Origin: Ranitomeya imitator
Taxonomy: Eukaryota
DNA: 64,000 bases
Assembly: GCF_032444005.1 (NCBI RefSeq)
Contig: NC_091283.1
Coordinates: 23,870,001 to 23,934,000 of the forward strand
Reading direction: 5' to 3'
Part shown: positions 13,612 through 25,764 of the stretch, in pieces
Layout: every line of letters begins with the position of its first letter
Numbering within the stretch: the stretch's first letter is position 1
Notes under the pieces: model-generated
The model's input: only the letters and a program-made list of their open reading frames with translations
Told to the model about the DNA's origin: nothing
Databases searched by the model: none
Made by a program: the position numbers and the translations under genes

Positions 13612-13845
13612 GATGGTGGGGGCTTAGTGATACCTACAATGAAGCATGTTGGGGGGCTTAGTGATGCCTACAGGGAAGCACGGCGGGGGCTGGTTGTGAT
13701 GTCTACAGTGTAGGATGGTGGGAGTTTGGTGTTGCCTACAGTGAAGCATTACGGGGGCATGGAGATGCCTACAGTGAATCACGGGCGGGGCTTGGTGTCG
13801 ACTGCAGAGAAGTATAACAGGGGCACAGTAATTAAAATGAATTTA

Positions 13846-15984
13846 TCTATATAATTGTCTAAGGGGTACTTCCGTCTGTTTGTCTGTCTGTAACGGAAAT
13901 CCAGCGTCGCTGATTGGTCGCGACCAATCAGCGTCAGGTTTAGTCCGGCTGCGAATTGGCCCCTCCCTACTCTCCTCCAGTCAGTGCCCCCTCCCTACTC
14001 CCCTCCATTCAGCGCCAGTGTGTCGCCCCGGGCCAACTTTTTACTATTGATGCTGCCTATGCAGCATCAATAGTAAAAAGATATGATGTTAAAAATAATA
14101 AAATTAAAAAATTGTGCTATTCTCACCTTCCACCGTCCACCGATGCACGCGATGCTGCCGCCAGCTTCCGTTCCCAGTGATGCATTGCAAAATTACTCAG
14201 ATGACTTAGCGGTCATCTGGGTAATTTCGCAATGCATCACTGGGAACGGAAGCTGGCGGCAGCATCGGGACAGATTGGTGGACGCCGGACGGTGAGTATA
14301 TAACTATTTTTTTTTCTTTCTTTAACAAGGATATGGTGCCCACACTGCTATATACTGCGTGGGAAGTGTTACATAATGCGTGGGCAGTGTTACATACTGC
14401 GTGGGCAGTGTTGCATACTGCGTGGGCAGTGTTGCATACTGCGTGAGCAGTGTTGCATACTGCGTGGGCAGTGTTATATACTGCCTGGCTGCTATATACT
14501 ACGTGGCCTGTGTTATATACTATGTGGCTGTGCTATATACTACGTGGCTGTCTGTGCTATATAATAATAATATAATAATAATATAATATACTACGTGGCT
14601 GTCTGTGCTATATACTACGTGGCTGTCTGTGCTATTTACTACGTGGCTGTCTGTGCTATTTACTACGTGGCTGTCTGTGCTATTTACTACGTGGCTGTCT
14701 GTGCTATTTACTACGTGGCTGTCTGTGCTATTTACTACGTGGCTGTCTGTGTTATATACTACGTGGCTGTGCTATATACTACGTGGCTGTCTGTGCTATA
14801 TAATAATAATATAATAATAATATAATATACTACGTGGCTGTCTGTGCTATATACTACGTGGCTGTCTGTGCTATTTTCTACGTGGCTGTCTGTGCTATTT
14901 ACTACGTGGCTGTCTGCGCTATATACTACGTGGCTGCGCTATATACTACGTGGCTGCGCTATATACTACGTGGCTGCGCTATATACTACGTGGCTGTCTG
15001 TGCTATATACTACGTGGCTGTGCTATATACTACGTGGCTGTGCTATATACTACGTGGCTGTCTGTGCTATATACTACGTGGCTGCGATATATACTACGTG
15101 GCTGCGATATATACTACGTGGCTGTGCTATATACTACGTGGCTGGCTGTGCTATATACTACGTGGCTGTGCTATATACTACGTGGCTGTGCTATATACTA
15201 CGTGGCTGTGCTATATACTACGTGGCTGTCTGTGCTATATACTATGTGGCTGTCTGTGCTATATACTACGTGGCTGTCTGTGCTATATACTACGTGGCTG
15301 TCTGTGCTATATACTACGTGGCTGTCTGTGCTATATACTACGTGGCTGTGCTATATACTACGTGGCTGTCTGTGCTATATAATAATAATATAATATACTA
15401 CGTGGCTGTCTGTGCTATATACTACGTGGCTGTGCTATATAATACGTGGCTGTCTGTGCTATATACACAACGTGGCTGTCTGTGCTATATACTACGTGGC
15501 TGTCTGTGCTATATACTACGTGGCTGTGCTATATAATACGTGGCTGTCTGTGCTATATACACAACGTGGCTGTCTGTGCTATATACTACGTGGCTGTCTG
15601 TGCTATATACTACGTGGCTGTCTGTGCTATATACTACGTGGCTGTGCTATATACTACGTGGCTGTCTGTGCTATATAATAATAATATAATATACTACGTG
15701 GCTGTCTGTGCTATATACTACGTGGCTGTGCTATATAATACGTGGCTGTCTGTGCTATATACACAACGTGGCTGTCTGTGCTATATACTACGTGGCTGTC
15801 TGTGCTATATACTACGTGGCTGTGCTATATACTACATGGCTGTCTGTGCTATATACTACGTGGCTGCGCTATATACTACGTGGCTGCGCTATATACTACG
15901 TGGCTGTACTAAGCGCGACGTACATACATACAGTACATACATATTCTCGAATACCCGATGCGTTAGAATCGGGCCACCATCTAG
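13846..15984 (+). mobile_element. Non-autonomous Helitron with internal minisatellite expansion
   Basis: Host A|TC 5' end; (gtct)n near the 5' end; 3' hairpin cccga-tgcgttagaa-tcggg (15954-15973); CTAG|T 3' end; no TSD. Confidence 0.85.
14345..15905. repeat. 20-24 bp minisatellite (ctatatactacgtggctgtctgtg) with (aat)n inserts, inside the Helitron
   Basis: Visible tandem units. Confidence 0.93.
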
Positions 15985-16606
15985 TGTAAAATAATAACAG
16001 GGAGAGACCGACTGCAATTGAAGAGAAGATAAAGTCCTTTCCTTATTCTCCTCTTTTCTGTAACAGAACGCAGTGAGGGTCCTGCACACCCGGCATGCTA
16101 TGAACTTGCTGCAGGAGCGTAAAAACTAAGGCGTTAACATGTACATTCCTGTCAGGCAGAATGTACAATGCAATTGCCCTCAGGCACCATTTTTTGCTAC
16201 TCGGCCGCGGCCCTATTTTCTTTTGCACCTTTACTGAAAAAATTCTCTACATAGTTGAACATAATAAATGTACGGAGGCTGCATCTAAAGGAAATGTAGG
16301 GGGCAACATGTAAAACTAAACAGGGTGTGAGTCCTCCGTTCTACAGCCACATCATATGATTGTAGCACTGCCCTGATGAGGAATAACCATAAAACGTATG
16401 AAAGAAGGAGACAATAAGGAAGCACCCCGGGAAAACCTGACGCTGCAGGTACTGCAGGGGTGGGGCCGGTCTCCATCTTAGGGGATTATGCTCTGGCCCC
16501 GAAGATTCTGAATTAAGCAAGGACCGTTATCACGATGTTATAAGATCTTGTATCGGCCCATGAATGATGAAGCAGATATTACAGACTGAATGCTGATGTG
16601 ACTCAC

Positions 16607-16692
16607 CTGCCTGGCTCCGTCCACTGGTGATATCATTATCGTCTTGGGTGGCTGTGGGGGCCGGGCGCTCCGCCTGCTGGGTCATCATCTTC
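16607..16692 (-). CDS. vasp: VASP exon 8: KMMTQQAERPAPTATQDDNDITSGRSQA
   Basis: ctctctatag|G ... CAG|gtgagt, phase 2 to 1. Confidence 0.85.
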
Positions 16693-16857
16693 CTATAGAG
16701 AGAAGCCAAGAAATGAATCACCTATGTGGTCTAATACACTGTATATGGAAATAAGACGCGATCACAAATCATCACGTATCTCCGAAGAGCCCCAAGTCTA
16801 GTGAGGTCACTGCTAAGACACCCCCAAAAGGCGGGGAAGAAGGGACAAAATCGCTAC

Positions 16858-16997
16858 CTGCGGGCCAGCATTTTATTCATTTCCTGCATGAGTCCTCCTC
16901 CACCTCCACCCCCGGTCGATGCTCCTCCACTGGTGCGGCTAACGTCTGGCTTGGGCGGGCCGCCACTGCTAGGAGAGGAGCCGCCAGACTCCTCCTG
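16858..16997 (-). CDS. vasp: VASP exon 7: QEESGG...GGGGLMQEMNKMLAR (F-actin-binding motif)
   Basis: ttggttcag|CAG ... CAG|gtagcg, phase 0 to 2. The GGLMxEMNxMLARR motif is the EVH2 F-actin-binding site. Confidence 0.93.
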
Positions 16998-17228
16998 CTG
17001 AACCAAGTAGAAAAAAAAAAAAAGGTCAATAAATCACCAATATCCCCTCATCCTCACCCACTCAAAGCATCCGGATCTGTCTACAACCACATCTGCACCC
17101 GCCCCTTCCCTGCCACCTCCAACCTCCCACAGCCACACCTGCATCCGTCACTGGCTACTGTCCACATCACCTTAAATCTCCCCTGTAACCTCGTACTCCC
17201 CCCCACATTCCCCTTCTTTTTTTCTTAC

Positions 17229-17494
17229 CTTTGACACTTTTTTCAGCTTGGCCGCAGCTAAGGCAGCTGCCAGGCCTCCACCGCTCGATTCAGCCCCTCC
17301 AATCACTCCTCCTGAAGGCAAGGGTGGTGGAGGAGGAGGGCCACTCCCAGGAGGAGCTGGTGGACCCCCAGGAGGAGCTGGTGGACCCCCAGGAGGAGCT
17401 GGTGGACCCCCAGGAGGAGGCGGTGGACCCCCAAAAGAAGGTGGTGGTCCTGGTGGTGGGGGTGGTCCAGCTGATACTGGGGTGACTGAAGCAA
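17229..17494 (-). CDS. vasp: VASP exon 6: polyproline region plus G-actin-binding motif (GLAAALAAAKLKKVSK)
   Basis: ctcttttag|TT ... AAG|gtaag, phase 1 to 0. GPPPPP profilin-binding repeats and the KLKKVS motif. Confidence 0.95.
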
Positions 17495-17698
17495 CTAAAA
17501 GAGAAGTGATGGTTATTGCCGGCCATTGTACCCCACCCTAAACAGAAGCCTCCTAATGTGTATAAATGAAGAGGAAAACCATCATCAGCCGCCCGGAATA
17601 CTGAGATAACATTAAAGGGCCTTGGGGGGTCTCTGATTTACTCCGATGACTTAACATTAGGCCTGTGAGCTGTTTTTGACCCTCTTATGCCCCCGTAC

Positions 17699-17736
17699 CT
17701 GGACTCTGGACTTTCTGCTCCAGTTCTGGCTGCGGC
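17699..17736 (-). CDS. vasp: VASP exon 5: PQPELEQKVQSP
   Basis: tttgtccacag|G ... CAG|gtacg, phase 2 to 1. Keeps the frame between exons 4 and 6. Confidence 0.78.
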
Positions 17737-17854
17737 CTGTGGACAAAGGACATGACTGGTAAGAACAGGCACCAATCTCTTAGGCCCACAAGGCCGCCCT
17801 CCATGTCACGGTGCCTAGCCTCATCATGGCCGCCATGTTGCTGCTGACACTCAC

Positions 17855-17912
17855 CTCCTTGGCGGCTCCGGCTCTTCTGCTTTGGGTCCATTCTGACTGG
17901 GCCATGGCGCAC
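17855..17912 (-). CDS. vasp: VASP exon 4: GAPWPSQNGPKAEEPEPPR
   Basis: cttttctgcag|GT ... GAG|gtgagt, phase 1 to 2. Resembles human W..PNGP..EE.E..KR. Confidence 0.85.
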
Positions 17913-17961
17913 CTGCAGAAAAGACACCGGTGACAGGCTCGGCCCAAGGTCGGCGCGCTCA

Positions 17962-18312
<351 letters not shown>

Positions 18313-19145
18313 TTATTGCCGATAGCAACCAATCACAGCGCAGCTTACATTTTCCAAAAGCAGACAAAGATGTGAAAGCTGAGCTGTAATAGGAGAAAAT
18401 GTCTTTGCAGCCATTCTAATCTGGACAGATTTACAAAATGGTCTAAAGATATAAGAAAGAGGGTGAGGGCCACGCAAACCCTCAGCCCACCAATAACCAT
18501 GGAGACGAATATCAACTAATTACATGACAAGGATACGGGTCTTATTTCTCAAGACTGTCCTTGTTGCCTGTGGCAACCAAACACAGCTCAGCTTTCATTT
18601 CTTAAACATCTCGGGAAGAATGAAAACTGCACTGTGATTGGTTGCTAAGGGCAGTGCAGGCAGTTTTCTTTTAGTTTTGATATCTCTGCAGCTCCTGTGT
18701 GGGGCCCACCAGTGGTGACCCCGTAAGGGGAGGAGCCAGATTTTGCTGTGGGTGGAGCCATTAGAAGTTATTTCTATATCTGAATATTTTACAATAGGGC
18801 CCGCCAGCTTCACACTACGTCACCGGCGACAGCACGACGATATGGAGAAATCACAAGAACCAGCATGCAAGACGACCACAGCGGGCAACAAGTCCCCCCG
18901 ACGTTATATACAGAGCTGAGAGACGGCGGTGTTGATCTGCTGCACAATTATTACACGAGGGGAGGAAGGAGCAGCCGCCGCTACACGTTACAACATGTCC
19001 TTCCTGTGTCCACACTGCAACCCCCTGAGCAGGCGACATGACGGACAGGAGGGATGAGAAACCACCTGACACCATCACATCGAACAGCTAAAGACATACA
19101 GTATATCACAGGGCAGCGTAACCGCCATTATTACCCCAAACTTAA

Positions 19146-19596
19146 AGGGGGTATCCGGGACTTCATCAAAAAACAAAAAAATGTACCTAAGCACTAAAAG
19201 GCAGATAACTACAACTTACCTGCCTGTTGTTCCCGGCGCTGTTCTTCCCCAGTACAGAGCGGTCACAGACGCTCCTGCCGGGGATTCAGCTGTCTCTGCC
19301 GGCGTCACATCTGCAGAGCGGAGGCTTCTCTTCCACGCCGCTATGTCGAAGGGACGGGACTTACGCCGTCATTCTGATTGACAGCTGGATTCCCACAGCC
19401 TGAGGTAGAAGGCTGTCAATCAGAATGAAGCCGGGGGTCCCGCTCCGTCACACCAGCAGAGACAGCTGAAACCTGGCAGGAATGGTATGTCATGGGGAAG
19501 AACAGCGCCATGCACAACAGGCAGAAAAGTAAGAATTACCTCTGCCTCTTAGTGCTTAGGTATATGTTTTTTTTTATAAAGTCCCAGATAAACACT
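19146..19596. mobile_element. TTAA-type MITE with long (>100 bp) imperfect TIRs
   Basis: ttaa|AGGGGGTATCCGGGAC ... GTCCCAGATAAACACT|ttga; inverted arms tacctaagcactaa / ttagtgcttaggta. Confidence 0.75.
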
Positions 19597-19619
19597 TTGA
19601 AAGGAATCTAAGTGAAAAT

Positions 19620-22450
19620 AAGAGCGGTCACACCATAGAGCTCTGTACTGTAAGAGCGGTCACACTATAGAGCTCTGTACTGTAAGAGCGGTCACACTAT
19701 AGAGCTCTGTACTGTAAGAGCGGTCACACTATAGAGCTCGGTACTGTAAGAGCGGTCACACTATAGAGCTCTGCACTGTAAGAGCGGTCCCACTATAGAG
19801 CTCTGTACTGTAAGAGCGGTCACACTATAGAGCTCTGCACTGTAAGAGCGGTCACACTATAGAGCTCTGTACTGTAAGAGCAGTCACACTATAGAGCTCT
19901 GCACTGTAAGAGCGGTCCCACTATAGAGCTCTGTACTGTAAGAGCGGTCACACTATAGAGCTCTGCACTGTAAGAGCGGTCACACTATAGAGCTCTGTAC
20001 TGTAAGAGCGGTCACACTATAGAGCTCTGCACTGTAAGAGCGGTCACACTATAGAGCTCTGTACTGTAAGAGCGGTCACACTATAGAGCTCTGCACTGTA
20101 AGAGCGGTCACACTATAGAGCTCTGTACTGTAAGAGCAGTCACACTATAGAGCTCTGCACTGTAAGAGCGGTCCCACTATAGAGCTCTGTACTGTAAGAG
20201 CGGTCACACTATAGAGCTCTGCACTGTAAGAGCGGTCACACTATAGAGCTCTGTACTGTAAGAGCGGTCACACTATAGAGCTCTGCACTGTAAGAGCGGT
20301 CACACTATAGAGCTCTGTACTGTAAGAGCGGTCACACTATAGAGCTCTGTACTGTAAGAGCGGTCACATTATAGAGCTCTGTACTGTAAGAGCTGTCACA
20401 CTATAGAGCTCTGTACTGTAAGAGCTGTCACATTATAGAGCTCTGTACTGTAAGAGCAGTCACACTATAGAGCTCTGTACTGTAAGAGCAGTCACACTAT
20501 AGAGCTCTGTACTGTAAGAGCAGTCACACTATAGAGCTCTGTACTGTAAGAGCGGTCACACTATAGAGCTCTGTACTGTAAGAGCGGTCACACTATAGAG
20601 CTCTGTACTGTAAGAGCAGTCACACTATAGAGCTCTGTACTGTAAGAGCAGTCACACTATAGAGCTCTGTACTGTAAGAGCGGTCACATTATAGAGCTCT
20701 GTACTGTAAGAGCAGTCACACTATAGAGCTCTGTACTGTAAGAGCGGTCACACTATAGAGCTCTGTACTGTAAGAGCGGTCACATTATAGAGCTCTGTAC
20801 TGTAAGAGCGGTCACACCATAGAGCTCTGTACTGTAAGAGCGGTCACACTATAGAGCTCTGTACTGTAAGAGCAGTCACACTATAGAGCTCTGTAGTGTA
20901 AGAGCAGTCACACTATAGAGCTCTGTACTGTAAGAGCGGTCACATTATAGAGCTCTGTACTGTAAGAGCAGTCACACTATAGAGCTCTGTACTGTAAGAG
21001 CGGTCACACTATAGAGCTCTGTACTGTAAGAGCGGTCACATTATAGAGCTCTGTACTGTAAGAGCAGTCACACTATAGAGCTCTGTACTGTAAGAGCGGT
21101 CACATTATAGAGCTCTGTACTGTAAGAGCGGTCACACCATAGAGCTCTGTACTGTAAGAGCGGTCACACTATAGAGCTCTGTACTGTAAGAGCAGTCACA
21201 CTATAGAGCTCTGTAGTGTAAGAGCAGTCACACTATAGAGCTCTGTACTGTAAGAGCGGTCACATTATAGAGCTCTGTACTGTAAGAGCAGTCACACTAT
21301 AGAGCTCTGTACTGTAAGAGCGGTCACACTATAGAGCTCTGTACTGTAAGAGCGGTCACATTATAGAGCTCTGTACTGTAAGAGCAGTCACACTATAGAG
21401 CTCTGTACTGTAAGAGCGGTCACATTATAGAGCTCTGTACTGTAAGAGCGGTCCCACTATAGAGCTCTGTACTGTAAGAACGGTCACACTATAGAGCTCT
21501 GTACTGTAAGAGCAGTCACACTATAGAGCTCTGTACTGTAAGAGCGGTGACATTATAGAGCCCTGTACTGTAAGAGCGGTCACACTATAGAGCTCTGTAC
21601 TGTAAGAGCGGTCACACTATAGAGCTCGGTACTGTAAGAGCGGTCACACTATAGAGCTCTGTACTGTAAGAGCGGTCACACTATAGAGCTCTGTACTGTA
21701 AGAGCGGTCACACTATAGAGCTCTGTACTGTAAGAGAGGTCACACTATAGAGCTCTGTACTGTAAGAGCGGTCACACTATAGAGCTCTGTACTGTTAGAG
21801 CGGTCACACTATAGAGCTCTGTACTGTAAGAGCGGTCACACTATAGAGCTCTGTACTGTAAGAGCGGTCACACTATAGAGCTCTGTACTGTAAGAGCGGT
21901 CACACTATAGAGCTCTGTACTGTAAGAGCGGTCACATTATAGAGCTCTGTACTGTAAGAGCAGTCACACTATAGAGCTCTGTACTGTAAGAGCGGTCACA
22001 TTATAGAGCTCTGTACTGTAAGAGCGGTCACACTATAGAGCTCTGTACTGTAAGAGCGGTCACACTATAGAGCTCTGTACTGTAAGAGCGGTCACACTAT
22101 AGAGCTCTATACTGTAAGAGCGGTGACACTATAGAGCTCTATACTGTAAGAGCGGTGACACTATAGAGCTCTGTACTGTAAGAGCGGTGACACTATAGAG
22201 CTCTATACTGTAAGAGCTGTCACACTATAGAGCTCTGTACTGTAAGAGCGGTCACACTATAGAGCTCTGTACTGTAAGAGCGGTCACACTATAGAGCTCT
22301 GTACCGTAAGAGCGGTCACACTATAGAGCTCTGTACTGTAAGAGCGGTCACACTATAGAGCTCTGTACCGTAAGAGCGGTCACACTGTCGAGCAGGGCGG
22401 TCACACTGTCGAGCAGGGCGGTCACACTGTCGAGCAGGGCGGTCACACTG
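19620..22450. repeat. 32-bp minisatellite (actgtaagagcggtcacactatagagctctgt)
   Basis: Highly homogeneous tandem array. Confidence 0.97.
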
Positions 22451-23489
22451 TGGAGCAGTCTTATTGAGTATATCAAATTCCCTAACTTCTTTTCTGACAG
22501 ATAAAAGTCAAGTTTTCTGCACTGGATCACTAGGACCGGCTACTGATCCAGGGGTTTATTTTGGTTTCCAAATTTGGAGTCAGGCTGAGCTGTGGATTTG
22601 ATAGAAATGATCAACATCTCACAGTATAAATCTGTGGAATTTGTGTGTCCTGGCTTAAATCATGTCTCGTGCTGAAATCACACCCGAAGCTGCACTCATC
22701 GTTATCTACTGCATTACTTATTATACTCCAGTTACATCCAGAGCTGCAGTCACCGTTATCTACCACATTACTTATTTACTCCAGTTACACCCAGAGCTGC
22801 AGTCACTTATCTACTACCATACTTATTTACTCTAGTTACATCCAGAGCTGCATTCACTGTTATCTACTACATTAGTTACTATACTCCAGTTACACCCAGA
22901 GCTGCAGTGTGGTTCCCTTTGACAAGGCTGCAGTGTCAGTTTCATACAACAATTTGCTTCCAAGCACAATCAACTGATCTGTGACTGCAGCTTTGGATGT
23001 GACTAAGAGGTGGTGGAACTCATGGGGGAGCTTTGGTTCATTCTTCTTATCCAACACAGTCACCTTGGGCTCCCATAATTCCATGTTCATTATCGGTATA
23101 GCTCTGCTCATCCTGAGCCTCCTGGTTCATGAACAAAATGACAAAACTAAAATAATGACTGACACAAAGCTGGATCTGCAGGGGAGAAGTTAAACGCTGC
23201 AGATTTCCATCCGATCTGGGATGACGGCATTTTGGGGCCCTGTAATGGCGTCCATGAAACATCTGAGCTAATACACACAAGGACGACTCGGGGACGGACA
23301 CCTCCAGGTGAGTGGGGAACGCTCCATAATTAAATATCTACAAGAGGCTGTGATGGCTCCTGTATTCACATCCCCTCCGGCGCTGGACACATTCCTGGAA
23401 TAACTCATCCTCCCAGTCCTCGTCAGAACCGCAGCCGTGGGGCGGTCAACATTCAGCGCTCCACAGCCAGCGCCTCTACAGCCAGCGCT

Positions 23490-23886
23490 CCACTGCCAGG
23501 AGTTGGCGGATGCTTTAGTCCAGGTCTGGGAGGAGATCCCTCAGAAAAACCATCCGCTGTCTCATCAGGAGCATGCCCAGGTGTTGTAGGGAGGTCATAG
23601 AGGCACGAGGAGGCCACACACACTACTGAGCATCTTTTCTTTGTCATGAGGCATTTCCACTGAAGTTGGATCAGCCTGTAATTTGATTTTCCACTTTGAT
23701 TTTGAGCATCATTCCAACTCAAGACCTCCGAGGGATATTAGTTGTGATTTACACTGATAATTTTTAGGTTTTATTGTTCTGAACACATTCCACTATGCAA
23801 TGAATAAAGATTTACAACTGGAATATTTCATTCAGTGATATCTAGGATGTGGTATTTTAGTGTTCCCTTTATTTTTTTGAGCAGTG
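23490..23886 (+). mobile_element. Tc1/mariner 3' fragment (decayed transposase C-terminus and right TIR)
   Basis: ELADALVQVWEEIPQ...SMPR..GGHT.Y-like remnant. Ends GTGTTCCCTTTATTTTTTTGAGCAGTG|TA. Confidence 0.85.
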
Positions 23887-24013
23887 TATATTTGATACAT
23901 GATACACACCTGGTGCATAGACACATATACTACTTACATATATGGTACATATGCACATTACACATAAATGTGACACACACACACACTACAATATATGATG
24001 CCCCCATGTTTAC

Positions 24014-24182
24014 CTGCTGATCAGGCTGCTTCCTCCCAACCACGCGGTACGACTGGCCCCCTGCGCTGTAGTAGAGCTGGACTCGGCTGTGTCCGGCGGG
24101 CCCAGTCCCAGCATTGATCCATTTCTTACTGGAATCATCATAGACCATGACGGTGGCTCTGGCCGTGATCACCGGTGTCTCA
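24014..24182 (-). CDS. vasp: VASP exon 2: EVH1 domain N-terminal half
   Basis: SETPVITARATVMVYDDSSKKWINAG...YRVVGRKQPDQQ; ctctgcag|T ... CAG|gtaaac, phase 2 to 0. Confidence 0.97.
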
Positions 24183-24399
24183 CTGCAGAGAAGAGGAAGA
24201 CGATGAGCAAAGAAATTCATGACTACCACCCCCACTACAACTCCCAGCATCTCCTGATATGCCGGAGGGACACAACACACTCCATCAGCGTTGTGGTGTC
24301 CCACCCTGTGGACGCAAAGTCACATCAGAGCCGTTATCAGGTGTAATTGGGGGGGGCTCTATATACATGTATGTATGTACACCCCTGGCCGGACACCAG

Positions 24400-25255
24400 A
24401 AAGTCCACTCCTGACCCCCAGAACGTCCACTCCTGACCCCCAGAACGTCCACTCCTGACCTCCAGAACGTCCACTCCTGACCCCCAGAACGTCCACTCCT
24501 GACCCCCAGAACGTCCGCTCCTGACCCCCCAGAACGTCCGCTCCTGACCCCCAGAACGTCCGCTCCTGACCCCCAGAACGTCCGCTCCTGACCCCCAGAA
24601 CGTCCGCTCCTGACCCCCCAGAACGTCCGCTCCTGACCCCCAGAACGTCCGCTCCTGACCCCCAGAACGTCCACTCCTGACCCCCAGAACGTCCACTCCT
24701 GACCCCCAGAACGTCCACTCCTGACCCCCAGAACGTCCACTCCTGACCCCCAGAACGTCCACTCCTGACCCCCAGAAAGTCCACTCCTGACCCCCCAGAA
24801 AGTCCCTCCTGACCTCCAGAAAGTCCCTCCTGACCTCCAGAACGTCCACTCCTGACCCCCAGAACGTCCACTCCTGACCCCCAGAAAGTCCACTCCTGAC
24901 CCCCAGAAAGTCCACTCCTGACCCCCAGAAAGTCCACTCCTGACCCCCAGAAAGTCCACTCCTGACCCTCCAGAACGTCCACTCCTGAACCCCAGAAAGT
25001 CCACTCCTGACCCCCAGAAAGTCCACTCCTGACCCCCAGAAAGTCCCTCCTGACCCCCAGAACGTCCACTCCTGACCCCCAGAAAGTCCACTCCTGACCC
25101 CCAGAACGTCCACTCCTGACCCCCAGAAAGTCCACTCCTGACCCCCAGAAAGTCCACTCCTGACCCTCCAGAACGTCCACTCCTGAACCCCAGAAAGTCC
25201 ACTCCTGACCCCCAGAAAGTCCACTCCTGAACCCCAGAAAGTCCACTCCTGACCC
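24400..25255. repeat. 22-bp minisatellite (cccagaacgtccactcctgacc)
   Basis: Visible tandem units. Confidence 0.95.
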
Positions 25256-25764
25256 CGGCCTCACATCGTCAGTGGTCAGAGCCGTTTATGCAGCATACAG
25301 TCCAAACAGTGTGTACCGGGCACAGGCAGCACAGGAGCGATGACCTCACACCCTACTATTGTAGAGTGTTACATACAGACCCGCCATCTTCCCCAGAAAA
25401 CTTTATAACCGGTCTGGCTCAAGTGATAATGGACCGGAGGCTATAAATAACGTGTGATTATAATGTGACGGCAGACAGCCCTGCACCCAGTGCTACAGCA
25501 GACGGCGCGGTACATAAAGCCGCACAGAACGTGTCACATTTCATATAAACTGTCAGACACATAAAACAAAAATAAAAATGTGGCTTTCCCTCGGCCATCC
25601 GCCTCCTGCCCCCCCGCTGCAAGTTGTGGTTTTGTCTATATAAGGCTATGAGAAGCTGTCGGGAGCTACCACAATGACTGAGAAGAGGGAGGGAAAAAGG
25701 AAGTAAAAGGAATGAGCACACTGCTCAACACCGAAAATAATTACACAATACAGCCCAGTCTGAC

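Noticed and set aside
22890-23130. Protein-like minus-strand ORF (…EPKVTVLDKKNEPKLPHEF…) with a plausible acceptor in VASP intron 2
   Set aside because: No recognisable homology, and inclusion would interrupt the EVH1 domain. It could be a pseudogene or TE fragment but cannot be supported.
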